From Octopus bimaculoides (Eukaryota): a stretch of DNA of 64,000 nucleotides. The stretch is taken from NCBI RefSeq assembly GCF_001194135.2, contig NC_068981.1, forward strand, positions 57,209,851-57,273,850. Reading direction: 5' to 3'. The notes under the pieces are model-generated. The model was not told where the DNA came from and made no database searches. It saw only the letters and a program-made list of their open reading frames with translations. Below, one piece after another: positions 37,811-51,723 of this stretch (positions are counted from its first letter, which is position 1; each line of letters starts with the position of its first letter). The position numbers and the translations under genes were made by a program.

Positions 37811-38438
37811 AATTTGCCACAATGAATTTTGGCTAAATTTTTGCTTACATTTTGTATAGCAAAGTAGGTGAACAGGTTGCCAGTTTCCAAGAAATGCTGT
37901 TTTGAGATGTCAGAACGGTCCCTGTGTTTCAGTGAAGTCTCAGATGTAATATGAGGATGAAAATGTGACACTTGAGGAGCATATTTAAGAAAGATTCTCA
38001 CAAGAGTAAATGCTATTATAATAAGAATAAAAACTAGTCAGAGAAAAGAGTAACTTGATGTTGAATTGGGAATTAGAATTAATTTAAAGTTACCTGAATT
38101 TGTATTCCTGGACAGGATTTGATATTGTGCTAATATTTTGTTTTCATTTTCTGATACTGTTAAAAAAATAAACATATTCATTGTGTATATAAATTTTCCT
38201 GTTTAACTTCCACTGGATTTTAGGCCACTGTTGCTTTGATGCTGAAAGTTAAAACAAGTTTTACCAAGCACATAATTTCTTAACCTTTCTCAACACATTT
38301 TTACCTAACATATTTAAAATCATAGGCCTAACTTAATCAGTTTGGTTTGAAAGCTTTTATTCCATTTCTTTCTTAATTTTCTATCCAATGTCTTTAGAGA
38401 AATTTTATGTCCTCTCTCTCTCTTTCTCNNNNNNNNNN

Positions 38439-38482
<44 letters not shown>

Positions 38483-40766
38483 TCCTTTTTCTTTGTAACT
38501 ATTTATCTTCACCTCTTAACTGATATAAAGCAATATTAAACATGTTGGTTGCTACCAACTTATTTAATTGGAAAGAATTGTAGAAAGAAAAGAAGGTGAT
38601 AAATAAGAAAGAGAAAAAAAAATAACTCCAAATACCGTTTGTTTTATCTTTAGTCAATGCACGTTAACAGCGTTATGGGTGTTCACTTACCATGAATATA
38701 AAAATGCTATGGGACCAAATTAGAGAATGTTAAAGTCAAGTACAGTGAACTATGAATATCAATGTAGCTATAAATATGGGTTGGTCTGATTAAGCTGGGT
38801 CCACATATGTCCCTTGCTCCTTTTTAATGACAACTGGGAGCCCCTGATTACGAATATTGTAATGCTAACTAAGAGATAGTATGGACTGTAACATAAATGC
38901 AAAAGCAAACCATTTCTTTAGTCTTTGTGCTAGTAATGCCTGCCTGGTGTACATTAAAAGTTGATATAAATGACAGTACACAGGAGACTGGCTCTAAGTT
39001 GGTTAGCTTTCACTTTTTATTCATAGAGATGTGCAAATATATTGCAACAAAATATGTGAAAGAAGTTGAAAATGAAAAAGAAAAAAAAATAGTTATAATG
39101 CTTTGGCGAAAACTAATGTGACATATCTGTACTGCTGCTACGGAATTCATTTGGCCTCTGCCATAATCCTCCACATAACCAAGTCATGTATGTTATATTT
39201 TTCCTTAGATAGCAATTTGTTTCCACGGAAAGAAAAAAGGAAAAAAAGGAAAAGAAATGAAAAGAGCCAGTCCAATGATTATATGTGTATCAGAACTTTA
39301 ACACACATCTTTGATAATTTTGATAATGGTTGATAGTGTAAAGCACTTTCTCCTGACCTATGTAGTTCTCCTGAGGTTTGGCATTTTTGGCATGTCAAAT
39401 CTACCCTCTACAGGCAACAAGGAAATTGTTTCAGGCATCAAGCTTTTCTAAAAATTGCCCAGCGACTTATAAATCACCCGTAGAGCTAGTTTTTAAGAAA
39501 TCCATTTTGTCATGGCTACCTGAGCTCTTGTGCATTAGAAGGTCTTGCCTAATGAAGTCAGGAATATCTATTCCTGCTACAACACTTTCTCAGTGTTCTC
39601 ATGGGAGGAATCAACTGATTTCAGCCATTCTTGTCACAAATATTTTCTTACAGTGTTCACCTCAAAAAGCTTCTTAATTAAAACTGGATATGATAGACTA
39701 ATCTCTCTAGAGACTTAGTTACAATGGCCTTTACCTGACTACTGGAACAGCAGCCTTTCTCTATTTCCATGGCAACAGTGTTACTCCCTAGAGTGCTGTC
39801 CCTATGGTGTCTCTTCAAACATAGAGCAAATAAAATTCCAAAATGGCTTCCTCCAGGGAAGCAGAGCTAGTTGAAAGCAATAGAAATTGCACCAGCTCTC
39901 CTAACTTGACCCAGAGTAGCAGCACGTTTACTAAGCTCAAGGGTCACTTGTAAAATATGGAATTGGCTTCAGTTTTCTGTTTGTCAGCATCAAAATGCAG
40001 CTGCAGTTGTATGCAATGAGAAAGACTGGGCAGTCTGTTATATCTCTACATTTTCTAGTTGGCTTCAGTCTGTTCCTTATATCTAGCTACTTCAAGGTTT
40101 GTACAGAGAATCCCAGTGCAATCCTGTATACATGCACTGATTAGGACACATGCTTCAGCATTAAAATCTAAGGTTCTTTACACACTAACGCACATGCATA
40201 TACACATATGCACACATGCTTAGAAGCTCACACTCCTCTCCAACTCCAACAAAGTTATTACAACAGTCTGTGCTTGCTATAAAATGCTATTTTTGTTTAG
40301 ATTCTCTTTCCTTTTTACAGTTTTCTCTCCCTTTCACTCCCTCTCTCTGTCTCCTCTTCTCTCTCTCTTTCTCTCACACTCTTCATCATTTTCATGAACA
40401 TCATCTTCGGACTGAATTGTAAACACAGCATAATACTGTTATAATTTTCAGCTAAATAAATCTATATTACTACTGCTCCAGTTTAATATTTATTTCGAAA
40501 GTAAATTAATACATTGGTGTGTTTACTATTTTCAGCGTCAGTATTTTCAGTTTGTTTTTGTTTTGCTTTTTTAATCTCCACTTTTCCCCTATTATTATTA
40601 TTGTATTCTTTCTTTCCAACTGCCTAGTTTACTATTAAGATATCCCTTCTATTTTCCGTCTGTACAATCTTTCTCTCTTCCAACAGCTTTGTCTATTCAG
40701 CTATCTAGTTAGATACTTCACTGTTTGGCTGAGTGTAGATTTGCTTCCTTCGTGCCCCCCCTCTCT

Positions 40767-40803
<37 letters not shown>

Positions 40804-41299
40804 TATTTGTGTATGTGCTGCTTGTGTACATGCATGTGTGTTTGTGTATATATACACATTTATATAACAAGTATGTGTTGTATAACACATGCTTTTTATA
40901 TTACATATATATGTGTGTGTGTGAATATATATGTATGTATGTGTTTATGTGTGTGTGTGTGTGTATATAAATATATACCATCATCATTTAATGTTCACTT
41001 TCTATGCTGGCATGGGTTAGACATATATATATATATATATATATGTACATGTGTGTTTATATTAATATATATATATATATAAATATATATATAATAATAA
41101 TAATAGGGACAAAATCCAAAATTACAGGTAAAAACTCAATTAAAATTCATGACAAATATGTGACAGTGGATTTTCATCGATGAGTTCATGAACCTTGGTT
41201 CTTTTCCCTAAAACTATATATATATATATAATGACACATACACAAGTACATCTATGTTATAGTTTCTTAATCACTACCCTTGTGTTAAAGTGTATTTTT

Positions 41300-41937
41300 C
41301 CATGAATAAACGAGTCTTCTGTAGTACTGCATATCACTTTTCTTTTGGGTCCTCCATCATATCTTTTGTAACTTCCTTAGGTCAACCTTCACCACTTCAT
41401 CCCAGGTCTTTGATATCTCACTTCCACTAACTTAGCATGCTCAGCACATTTATATGCAGCTCACATCCTCCATATATCACATGGTTGTAACGGTGCTGCC
41501 TCTTCTCTTACACACTTCACTTAACGCTTCTTAAACTCAGTTTTGCTCTTAGCTCTTTGCTCTGGCATTCATGGACACTAACATTGCACATCCAACAGAG
41601 CATATCAGCTTCATTTCTTTTTATCTTTACAAGTTTTCCGCATTCAAAGCCCAAGTTTTGCTACCATACAGCATCGCAGTTCTAACCCAAGCATCTTAAA
41701 ATCTGCTTTCCACTCCGAGGGGAAATGACCTAGCAGCAGTAATAGTTCCCCGAACTCTTTCCAACCCTTCCTTACCTGGGCTACTTTACTTTCAGAGCAA
41801 CCAACTCCCCTGCTAATTATATCCCCTAGCTAACAGAAACTATCCACTACATTTAGTGAACCATCTAAGCATTTAAGAGAATCTTTTTCTGGTGTATTTA
41901 TAGTAGGTATTGCTCCAGCACATCTGCCACATTTATA
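41300..41937 (-). mobile_element. RTE LINE C-terminal fragment
   Basis: KCGRCAGAIPTINTPEKDSLKCLDGSLNVVDSFC*LGDIISRGVGCSES; runs into the gap at 41938. Confidence 0.8.
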
Positions 41938-42352
41938 NNNNNNNNNNNNNNNNNNNNNNNNNNNNNNNNNNNNNNNNNNNNNNNNNNNNNNNNNNNNNNN
42001 NNNNNNNNNNNNNNNNNNNNNNNNNNNNNNNNNNNNNNNNNNNNNNNNNNNNNNNNNNNNNNNNNNNNNNNNNNNNNNNNNNNNNNNNNNNNNNNNNNNN
42101 NNNNNNNNNNNNNNNNNNNNNNNNNNNNNNNNNNNNNNNNNNNNNNNNNNNNNNNNNNNNNNNNNNNNNNNNNNNNNNNNNNNNNNNNNNNNNNNNNNNN
42201 NNNNNNNNNNNNNNNNNNNNNNNNNNNNNNNNNNNNNNNNNNNNNNNNNNNNNNNNNNNNNNNNNNNNNNNNNNNNNNNNNNNNNNNNNNNNNNNNNNNN
42301 NNNNNNNNNNNNNNNNNNNNNNNNNNNNNNNNNNNNNNNNNNNNNNNNNNNN

Positions 42353-42412
<60 letters not shown>

Positions 42413-42794
42413 GAGTATGTGTGTGTATGCATACATACCTCTTCAGCAAGACATGAGGGATTTATCTTGTGACTGCTTTGTGACCTCACTGGTGTTGGTG
42501 CCACCTAAAAAGTGCCCAGTGCACTCTGTTAGGTGGTTGGTGTTAGGAAGGGTACCCAGCCATAGAAACCATGCCAAAGCAGACATAGAACCTGGTGGAG
42601 ACCTCTGGCTCATCCTATACCAGTTTAGGAAAGGGGATGTTAAATATATATGATGATGATAAACATACATACATGTGTTCTATATTTGTGTGTCATGTGC
42701 ATGTGCATCTGTGGGTGTTTATATTATATTTGAAGACAAATGGAATAAAGATCTCTTACTTGAAGGGTCAGCAATAAAAAGGTGGTAAATTAAT

Positions 42795-43085
42795 ACCTCA
42801 ACCAGGCTTCAGTCTGATCTGGCAAGGTTTCTACAACTGGATGCCTTTCTTAATGCCAACCACTCTGAGAGTATAGTGGGTGCTTTTTATGTGCCACCAG
42901 CATGGGAGCCAGTCAGGCAGCACTGGCATCGGCCACATTTAGATGGTGATTTTTACATGCCACTGGCACAGGAGCCAGTGGTGAGGTGGCATTGACCACA
43001 TTCGAATGGTACTTTTTACATACCACCGGTATGGGGAGCACTGGCATTGACCCATGCATGAATGGTGCTTATTGCGTGCCCCCAG
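42795..43085 (-). mobile_element. RTE-3'-like short element containing ~3.3 copies of a 55-66 bp unit
   Basis: Units begin gtg(c/a)tttt(t)a(t/c)(g/a)tgcc at ~42879, ~42945 and ~43008, with a partial fourth at ~43064. Confidence 0.65.
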
Positions 43086-43487
43086 CATATATATATATAT
43101 GTATATATTTATACATATATGTATGTATATATTTACAAATGTGTGTGTGTGTGTGTGTGTATACACACATATAACCTAGCTCAATCCATCTCTAGCTCTC
43201 TATCTATAAATTTATCCATGTATTTATTATTGTGTCCCTCTACCTACTTTATTTTATTTTATTGTTTCATGTCTATCTTACCTATCAATGCACCTGTCTA
43301 TTCTTCAGCCTATTATTTTTGCATTTTTTTACTACCTAAAGATTTTTGGTTTATCTTCATTCACAATGGTTGTTTCAAACCTTACGTTCCATATTTCATT
43401 CATGTAAATTTTCTCACATTTCCTATTTGTTCCCTCCATCTTTCTCTCTTTGTCTCTCTATCTCCACTGCTCACTATCCACTCTCTC

Positions 43488-43526
<39 letters not shown>

Positions 43527-44062
43527 CTATTTACGATATGTTTCTAATAATACTACAGTAAAGAAACAGGTAGTCACAGTTGAAGTTTGTTGCAAATGTA
43601 TTTTTGTTTGCATGTATGTGTATCTGTGTGTGCATGCACACACATATTAGTATGTATATATACTGACATATGTATATGCATCTAAAGAAATTACTGCAGT
43701 AACTTAAAGGGGTCTATAACAGCCAGTAGCACGCATTTTATGGTGTTAAGAGGATGAGAGATATATTCTCCCCTGGGTATGATGCTAGTCTATTGCATAT
43801 AATGTTCCCTGATGAATAAGTGACTATTGCTGAGAGCAATGTGAATTGAGGCATACAAAGTTAAGAGTATTGCCCAAAGACCCAAAATGCCTGCAATGCA
43901 TTTCAACGCGAGTCATATGAGCTGAATGCCTCATACTATATTCACTCAGACACTTGTTTCTCTTCATATTTATGTGGTGTGCATGTATTATATATACACA
44001 CACACACACACACATACATATATGTATGTATGTATATATGTGTGTGTGTGTATATATATACA

Positions 44063-44135
<73 letters not shown>

Positions 44136-44669
44136 NNNNNNNNNNNNNNNNNNNNNNNNNNNNNNNNNNNNNNNNNNNNNNNNNNNNNNNNNNNNNNNNN
44201 NNNNNNNNNNNNNNNNNNNNNNNNNNNNNNNNNNNNNNNNNNNNNNNNNNNNNNNNNNNNNNNNNNNNNATAAGTGACTATTGCTGAGAGCAATGTGAAT
44301 TGAGGCATACAAAGTTAAGAGTATTGCCCAAAGACCCAAAATGCCTGCAATGCATTTCAACGCGAGTCATATGAGCTGAATGCCTCATACTATATTCACT
44401 CAGACACTTGTTTCTCTTCATATTTATGTGGTGTGCATGTATTATATATACACACACACATACAGAGACAATAGCTGAGTGAGAGCTAAATATACTTAGT
44501 ATAGAGAACACATGGTAGTGCTCAGATTCATTTCCACTGAAACTCTAAATTCTTCATCCAGGCCAAGGCCCACAACATCAAGAGTGACTATAAGAGAAAT
44601 CTAAGATGAGCTGATAAGGAGGCAGTAATGCAGATAAACACTATTGGGCTTACCACATAAATACATATA

Positions 44670-45013
44670 CCGTATTTGATGGCCTATAAGATGCACCCTA
44701 GCCTAGGCTATACTTTTGTAAAATAAATTACTACTAAAATAATGTTTTAATTCCTCCACTTACTTGTATAACTTTATGTTATAACCAGTAATTATGAGCA
44801 ATTTATTGCATCCACATTCGGTATAAACATACTGTAGGCGATTGTTCACCAATAGGTGGCAGCACACGTTTTGTAAACAAACAAGACCTCTGCTGTATAA
44901 TTTCGGCCAACAGTTGTGAGTTTAGAGCCTACATTGAGTGCATTGGATGTAGGGAGATTTTTTAAGCCATTTTGGTGTAAAAAAAGGTGCATCTTATAGG
45001 CCATCAAATATGG
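44670..45013. mobile_element. pogo/Tigger-type MITE (344 bp)
   Basis: TA TSD (44668-69, 45014-15); 28-bp TIR ccgtatttgatggcctataagatgcacc (27/28). Confidence 0.9.
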
Positions 45014-45033
45014 TACATATATGCTTGTGTGTA

Positions 45034-45127
<94 letters not shown>

Positions 45128-45420
45128 TGGAATATGCAAAAAAGTCTTGAGTATGCAACCAGTAAATAGTCACATGAAGATATTACCATAATTCCAACTT
45201 CCCTCATCGAGTGAAGGTTAACTATTAAGATTATTATGTAACTCTGAACTTCAAGTGACAGCTGTTGAGTTATAAAACTGTGTATTTTGTTCATGGTATT
45301 CTGTACTTTTGGTGCTTTGTGTGAATATGTGTGTGTATGTTTTAGTTTCTAAATATATGTAGATATGTGTCTAAGTGTGTATACATATATGTATATAAGT
45401 ATCAGGCCTAATTGTGTTTA

Positions 45421-45530
<110 letters not shown>

Positions 45531-45548
45531 GGTTAGTTAAATTATGCC

Positions 45549-46095
45549 TGTGACATATTTCAACTTCAAAAGGCAAATTCACTGCATGGAGAAAAAATAA
45601 TGTCTCTTATGGTAAAAGGGGTAAAAACACCATATCTCCATTTCTACATGATAATTGCTATGAGTTTACCTTTAGAAGTTGAAATATGTCACAAATGAAT
45701 TTTAATTAACCTGAAGTTCGTTTATTCCTAATCCCTGCTTGGTACTGATTCTGCTATTTTTATCCCAACCAGGAATTCCACTAGCGGAACTCAGTCACTG
45801 ATGTTGACTGTTTTTAGTTAAAGCTATGACTTTGAATCTGCTCGAAGTTATCTCTCTTTGGTATTTCCCATTGAGGAAGGCTAAAGAGCCAGACACTCGC
45901 ATTTGGGATTCTGACAGAGTGAGGCACTAGGCAGATATATAGTTTTTATGCCTTTTATCAATAAAAGAGAATTTTTTTTCTCCACAGTAACTGCAGTGAA
46001 TTTGCCTTTAGAAGTTGAAATTTGTCACAAATATATTTTAAGTAAACTAAAGTCCATTTATTCCTAATCACAGCATGATGCTGATCAGATGCTGC
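45549..46095. repeat. Composite inverted plus direct repeat structure (unclassified)
   Basis: ~90-97 bp inverted repeat 45549-45637 / 45933-46029; ~90-bp direct repeat 45665-45756 / ~46001-46095. Confidence 0.7.
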
Positions 46096-46099
46096 TATG

Positions 46100-46173
<74 letters not shown>

Positions 46174-46838
46174 GGACACAGGTTTCGTGTGTCACATAGC
46201 TAGCTAGAGGCGATGGCTTCTTGGAGCTAATTCACGGCAGCTTTCGTCCTAATTTTGGGACTGCCATGTTGGCTTGGCGATAACTATTAATTTCCAGTAC
46301 CGCTGCCGTAGTCTCCTTTAGAGAGANNNNNNNNNNNNNNNNNNNNNNNNNNNNNNNNNNNNNNNNNNNNNNNNNNNNNNNNNNNNNNNNNNNNNNNNNN
46401 NNNNNNNNNNNNNNNNNNNNNNNNNNNNNNNNNNNNNNNNNNNNNNNNNNNNNNNNNNNNNNNNNNNNNNNNNNNNNNNNNNNNNNNNNNNNNNNNNNNN
46501 NNNNNNNNNNNNNNNNNNNNNNNNNNNNNNNNNNNNNNNNNNNNNNNNNNNNNNNNNNNNNNNNNNNNNNNNNNNNNNNNNNNNNNNNNNNNNNNNNNNN
46601 NNNNNNNNNNNNNNNNNNNNNNNNNNNNNNNNNNNNNNNNNNNNNNNNNNNNNNNNNNNNNNNNTATATTCCAAGAAAGTTAGACATTGTGAATCCAACC
46701 AACTAAGGGATAATATTTATCCAATATGCTGCTGGTACAATACCCAATTATTAATACACAAGTGTCTTTTCATTGCATGGCAATTACATTACCGAGTGTA
46801 ATAAATGGGTGATATATATATATATATAAACGACGATA

Positions 46839-46876
<38 letters not shown>

Positions 46877-47721
46877 CATGGTTTAAAAGGTTTGCTTCTC
46901 GTGTACAGGGTTTCGTGTTCAGCCCCACTGTATGCACCTTGAGTAAATATCTTCTGCTATTGCTCTGGGTAAACCAAAGCCTTGTGAATGGATTTGGTAG
47001 GTCTTCAGTTGTCCATCTGCATACTTATTTCAGATAAATTTGTTTAAATACTTAATCTATCTCTGTCTACTCTTCCTAACTCCACCCTTCCCTTACTCTT
47101 CTAACAATTACACTATGACACCAGATATACTTCCTATTTGTGCTATTAGTTACCTCCTCTTCTCTCTTGAACCCACTTCCTTTAGCATCCATCCTTCATT
47201 TTGAGTATCTTCCCACTTTATTTTCCACTGCTCACCTCTTTCTGTACTTCCAGGTATCTCTCCCTCTCCTCTGGGCTACCACTTAGGATTGCCTCACCTC
47301 ATTTTTATTACCCTCTCATGTCTGCTTTCACTCCCAACACCTCATATCAACCATCCACCCACTGTCCCCAAACCTCCATCCCTATCTGTATGTGTCTTTC
47401 TCCTCTCTCTCTCTCTCTCTCTCTCACCCCACTCATGTTACTCATGATCTCCCTATTTTCTGATCTGTCTCCAGGCTTTCTCTTCGTTCTTATCTATCTG
47501 CAGGTTATAATATTGCTTCTTTCAATGCTTCCTCTACAGCCACTACTCACATCCTCCTTCTCAAGCTATCTTTTCTCTTCCATGATTACCAGCATCACAC
47601 CTCAACTCTTGTACATGATTCCTTACATTAACCTCTACCTCTACTCCTAACTGCCTTCTCTCTCTTCTCACTCCTATGAACTTACCCAACCACCTATGCA
47701 CGTTAAAGCACCTATTACACT

Positions 47722-47878
47722 CTCTGAGTGTTTGGCTTTAGGAAGGGCATCCAACCATAGAAAACCATACCAAATCAGACTGGAGTCAGGTGCAGCCTTC
47801 CAGCTTACCAGCCCAGTCAAACCATCCAACCCATGCCAGCATGGACAACGGACATTAAATGATGATGATGGTGATGAT
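47722..47878 (+). mobile_element. RTE-3'-like short element with (GAT)n tail
   Basis: Homologous to 25567-25728; preceded by a pyrimidine-rich stretch (~47070-47690) that may be a decayed LINE. Confidence 0.75.
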
Positions 47879-50814
47879 ATCTGTGAACAAATGCAGGTTT
47901 TGCCTCTTGGTTAAAAAGTTTGCTTTGCAGTCATAAGTTTCCAGTTTCACTCCCACTATATGACATCATTTGCAGGTGTGTTTTACCTAAATCTCAATTT
48001 GGCCCTGACCTTGTGAATGAAACTGAGTAGATTGAAATTATGAAGAAGCCCATTAGATGGCTTTTACTTGTAGTTCAATAATACACCTTGCAACACAGTA
48101 TGTTACATTGACTCTACCTGACAATTATGCTAAAGGTACAAATGCCTATGAAATATTCCACCACTTATACCATAAGCCAATGGGATGGGGATGTATTTGG
48201 TTGAACAACTGTAATAGTCATTGTTGAATCTAACAGAGATTCATTTACACGTTTTTACATGTAAATGAATGTATGTGTGTGTATATTTGAGTGTTTTGTT
48301 TTAACCTATTACAGTAATAAAAGTCTTACAAATTATTCATCACCCCAGTACTTCTTAATTCAAAATATAAAGGCTTAAATTGATTCAAAACGAGTCTTTG
48401 AATGTGTTTAAATTTACTTCTATCTGATTGATCATTGATCATTACAAACTGCTTAATTTGATGAAAATAGTTTCATTTATTCAACTAAGATGATACAGAT
48501 TAATTATATGATATTTCTGTGTATTGCACTACAGAAACATTGCTTAAGCAATATTTCTTTCAATGTTTTTACTGCTTTCAATCACTCCTGGTCAATTCAC
48601 ATCTTCAGTATAACAAAACTGCTTCTAAAAGTCTAACCTTCCTCTTCAGAATCAGAAAATACTTCAGCACCTTGCCCCACCCCACAACTGAACAACTTTA
48701 AACTCTCAGCAGAGCTGCAAGGAGGCCCACTATGGTATTTGGCAGTCATATTTGGGCAGTGTCATTGCTGCACACACAGACAACTTATGGTGCATCTGCA
48801 GAAAGACCACTGGAGATAGACATGAAGGCACTTATAAATATACTCTAACTTGTGCCTTCTTTCTATGTTTCACTGCTTCAATAGTTTCTGCTCTTCGGAA
48901 CCAACTGATTCCACCACCTCCACTTAGGCACTCCCAACTCTCTTGTCACAAGTCTCATTCCCAATATTGTATTTATCTGTCGCCCTTACACACTGCTCTA
49001 ACTGCCCAGTCATTCTTCTCCTGAACATAGATGTTCTAAAATTCACTCCATGCACATAATTTTTCCTGCAGCAATTGACTTGCAGCTGTTCAAAAAGAAT
49101 GTTAACAGCATCAGTCTCACCCATTGGGGACTGCAAAAGCTATTGGCATACAGTGCCTTCCTCTAAACCAAAACAATAAAAAAAATTGGATTTTTCCAAA
49201 ATAATTAATCTTTATATATTTGTGATCTCAATTCCATAAAGTATAAGTTAGTATAGTTGCAATAGAACTCTGTAATGTAAAATACTAGCTTGTTGGTCTG
49301 TAGCAGGCTAGCTTCCTCCTGTCTACTCTCAGGAATATATAATGACACTGTTTACTTTCTAACTGAGAGATTTTGTGGAATGAAAAAAAATTTAATTACT
49401 GTAATTTCACTTGAAGAGAAAATGCTGAACATTTTGTTCATGATGTTGCTGCTGATGTAAATCATTATATTCTAACATCATGGAATTTTATCTCATATCA
49501 TGTAAATGATGTTCTGCAATACTCTCATTAGACACTTTTAATAGTCAAACTTTGCAACAGTTGCATTAATGACCATTCAAAGTGATAGCAGCCTTGTAAA
49601 TGCTGAAGTGAAGGTTTTGTTCTTTACATAAAACCTTGTAGACAACATATGCATAATTTATAAGAATTAACTAATATGTCTATATTATAATGACAATAAG
49701 TTGCAATAAAATAATAGCATAACTTGGAGAATAGATCTTTGACTACTTTGAACTTTGTCACTAGTAACTGCCCTTTGCTTTTTTCCCTCTGGTCCATCAA
49801 AAGTTTATTCCCTGAGTGGCAGTGGCATTCTAGTCTAGTTGGATGTCTACACCTCCATATGAGCTTCTGTATTGTCACCTATATATTTTACAATCCTCTT
49901 GTACAAAGCCAGTAAAGCTTGTCTATTTCATTTACTGACAAGTCCCAAGACACTTCCCCATAGACAGACAAATCCTGTTTTCTTATGTTCATCAGAGCTA
50001 ATTGCTTTACTAGAACCAATGAAATAAAGTGGTATTTTGAAAGCACACTTTTTCTTTACATCCCACGAGTCTAGGTGCTATTACTAGTTAGTTTGCCCAA
50101 TATCTATTGTGACCAATGAGAGCGAGATTCTTTTCATTGACAAACTGGTTAATATCAGTCATATTTTGTTGGCGGCAAAATTTGCAATAAAAAATAGTTT
50201 ATTATCTTTAACATATCTCTTAAATACCCTTTTAAAGACTAGCCACTCAACAGCATGAAATAAACAAATAATAAACCTTTCACAGCACAATTATTGCAAC
50301 CTACCCAAGAATTTTATTTAGCAGCTATTTACCTTGTTAAGAGAGCAGCAAAGAGTAGTAAATTTTCAAATCTCATGCACCAAGTGGGTGTAGATTTAAA
50401 AACCATAAAATTACAAAGCAGTAATAATGGAGTTCATTAGAAAAGCATTGCAGAAAAAAGTTATATTTACTTAATGAAAATTTACAGAAAATAACATAGA
50501 AGTTGTAATACATGTGGTTGCTTAGAAAAGAGCAGCAGTAGAATAAAATGTAGCTTTTATTAAGCTAACCATTGAGAGAGCCATAGAAATTTTGTAAAAA
50601 TATTAGTGATGGGGCAATGCAGAAGATAAAGAGAGACTGTAGAGCTGCTGGGGTAATTAGTGGTAGTTATAAGCTATTCATTTAACAACAACAATCTCTG
50701 GATGAAAAATTAAAAGGGAATTGAAATGACATATACTTTCTATTCTCCTGTGCTCTATTGAAAAGTGAAGTTAATTAATTTGATGTGGAGGCTTTTTCTA
50801 AATGTCTAATACCA

Positions 50815-50877
<63 letters not shown>

Positions 50878-50998
50878 TCTCTACCCTTCCTCCTATGTAT
50901 TGTAAAGCTGNNNNNNNNNNNNNNNNNNNNNNNNNNNNNNNNNNNNNNNNNNNNNNNNNNNNNNNNNNNNNNNNNNNNNNNNNNNNNNNNNNNNNNNN

Positions 50999-51061
<63 letters not shown>

Positions 51062-51713
51062 TCTCTACCCTTCCTCCTATGTATTGTAAAGCTGGTAAAT
51101 TAAGGATCAAACAATTGATAGCATTGCACTGATGTTTTCAGTGATATTTATTAATTTTTAATGGTACTTTTGCACTTATTTTGAAGTTATGTATACAGGG
51201 CCCATGTGGGGTTGGTTTTACTGTTTGGTGTCATTTGTTTTAAGCTGATTATCTGTTAATTGTTGCATTCACATGGGTGCATCTGGATGTTAAAACTGGC
51301 CATCAAATTGATTAAACACATTCTACAGTCCTAGTTTTAACATATCTTCTCAAACACAATAACTCCCCATAATCAACCTGTTTATTGCAAACAAGTGGGT
51401 AACAGTTCAACATTTATTATCTTCTTTTACTATTTCTTTATACTCTTAACATTAAAATACATTATCTGTTTTCCTAATGTTTTGAAAATAAATTTAATTT
51501 CATTTAAGAAGCAAAAGTGCTTTTTTTTCTCATAATTTTCATTAAAAACTGAGTCTTGTTATATATATGCATGCATATATATAAAACAAGACTTTTATAT
51601 GTATATATACATATTTGTTTATTCATTATGCATGTGTGTTTATTTTGATTTTTTTTTTTAATTACTCAACCCATCTAGCATTAAGATAGCAAACTATGTT
51701 AACTTTTTGGAGG

Positions 51714-51723
51714 TCCCAAGGGA
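51714..51723. promoter_or_regulatory. Perfect EBF/COE palindrome TCCCAAGGGA
   Basis: Exact match to TCCCNNGGGA in non-repetitive intron; function not shown. Confidence 0.35.

Noticed and set aside
43817-44460. Identical ~190-bp direct duplication (43817-~44005 and 44271-44460)
   Set aside because: The copies flank an N-gap and differ only in microsatellite length: typical unmerged contig overlap or allelic artefact.
50818-51092. Duplicated (TC)n-ttctctacccttcctcctatgtattgtaaagctg
   Set aside because: Same artefact on either side of gap 50911-50998.
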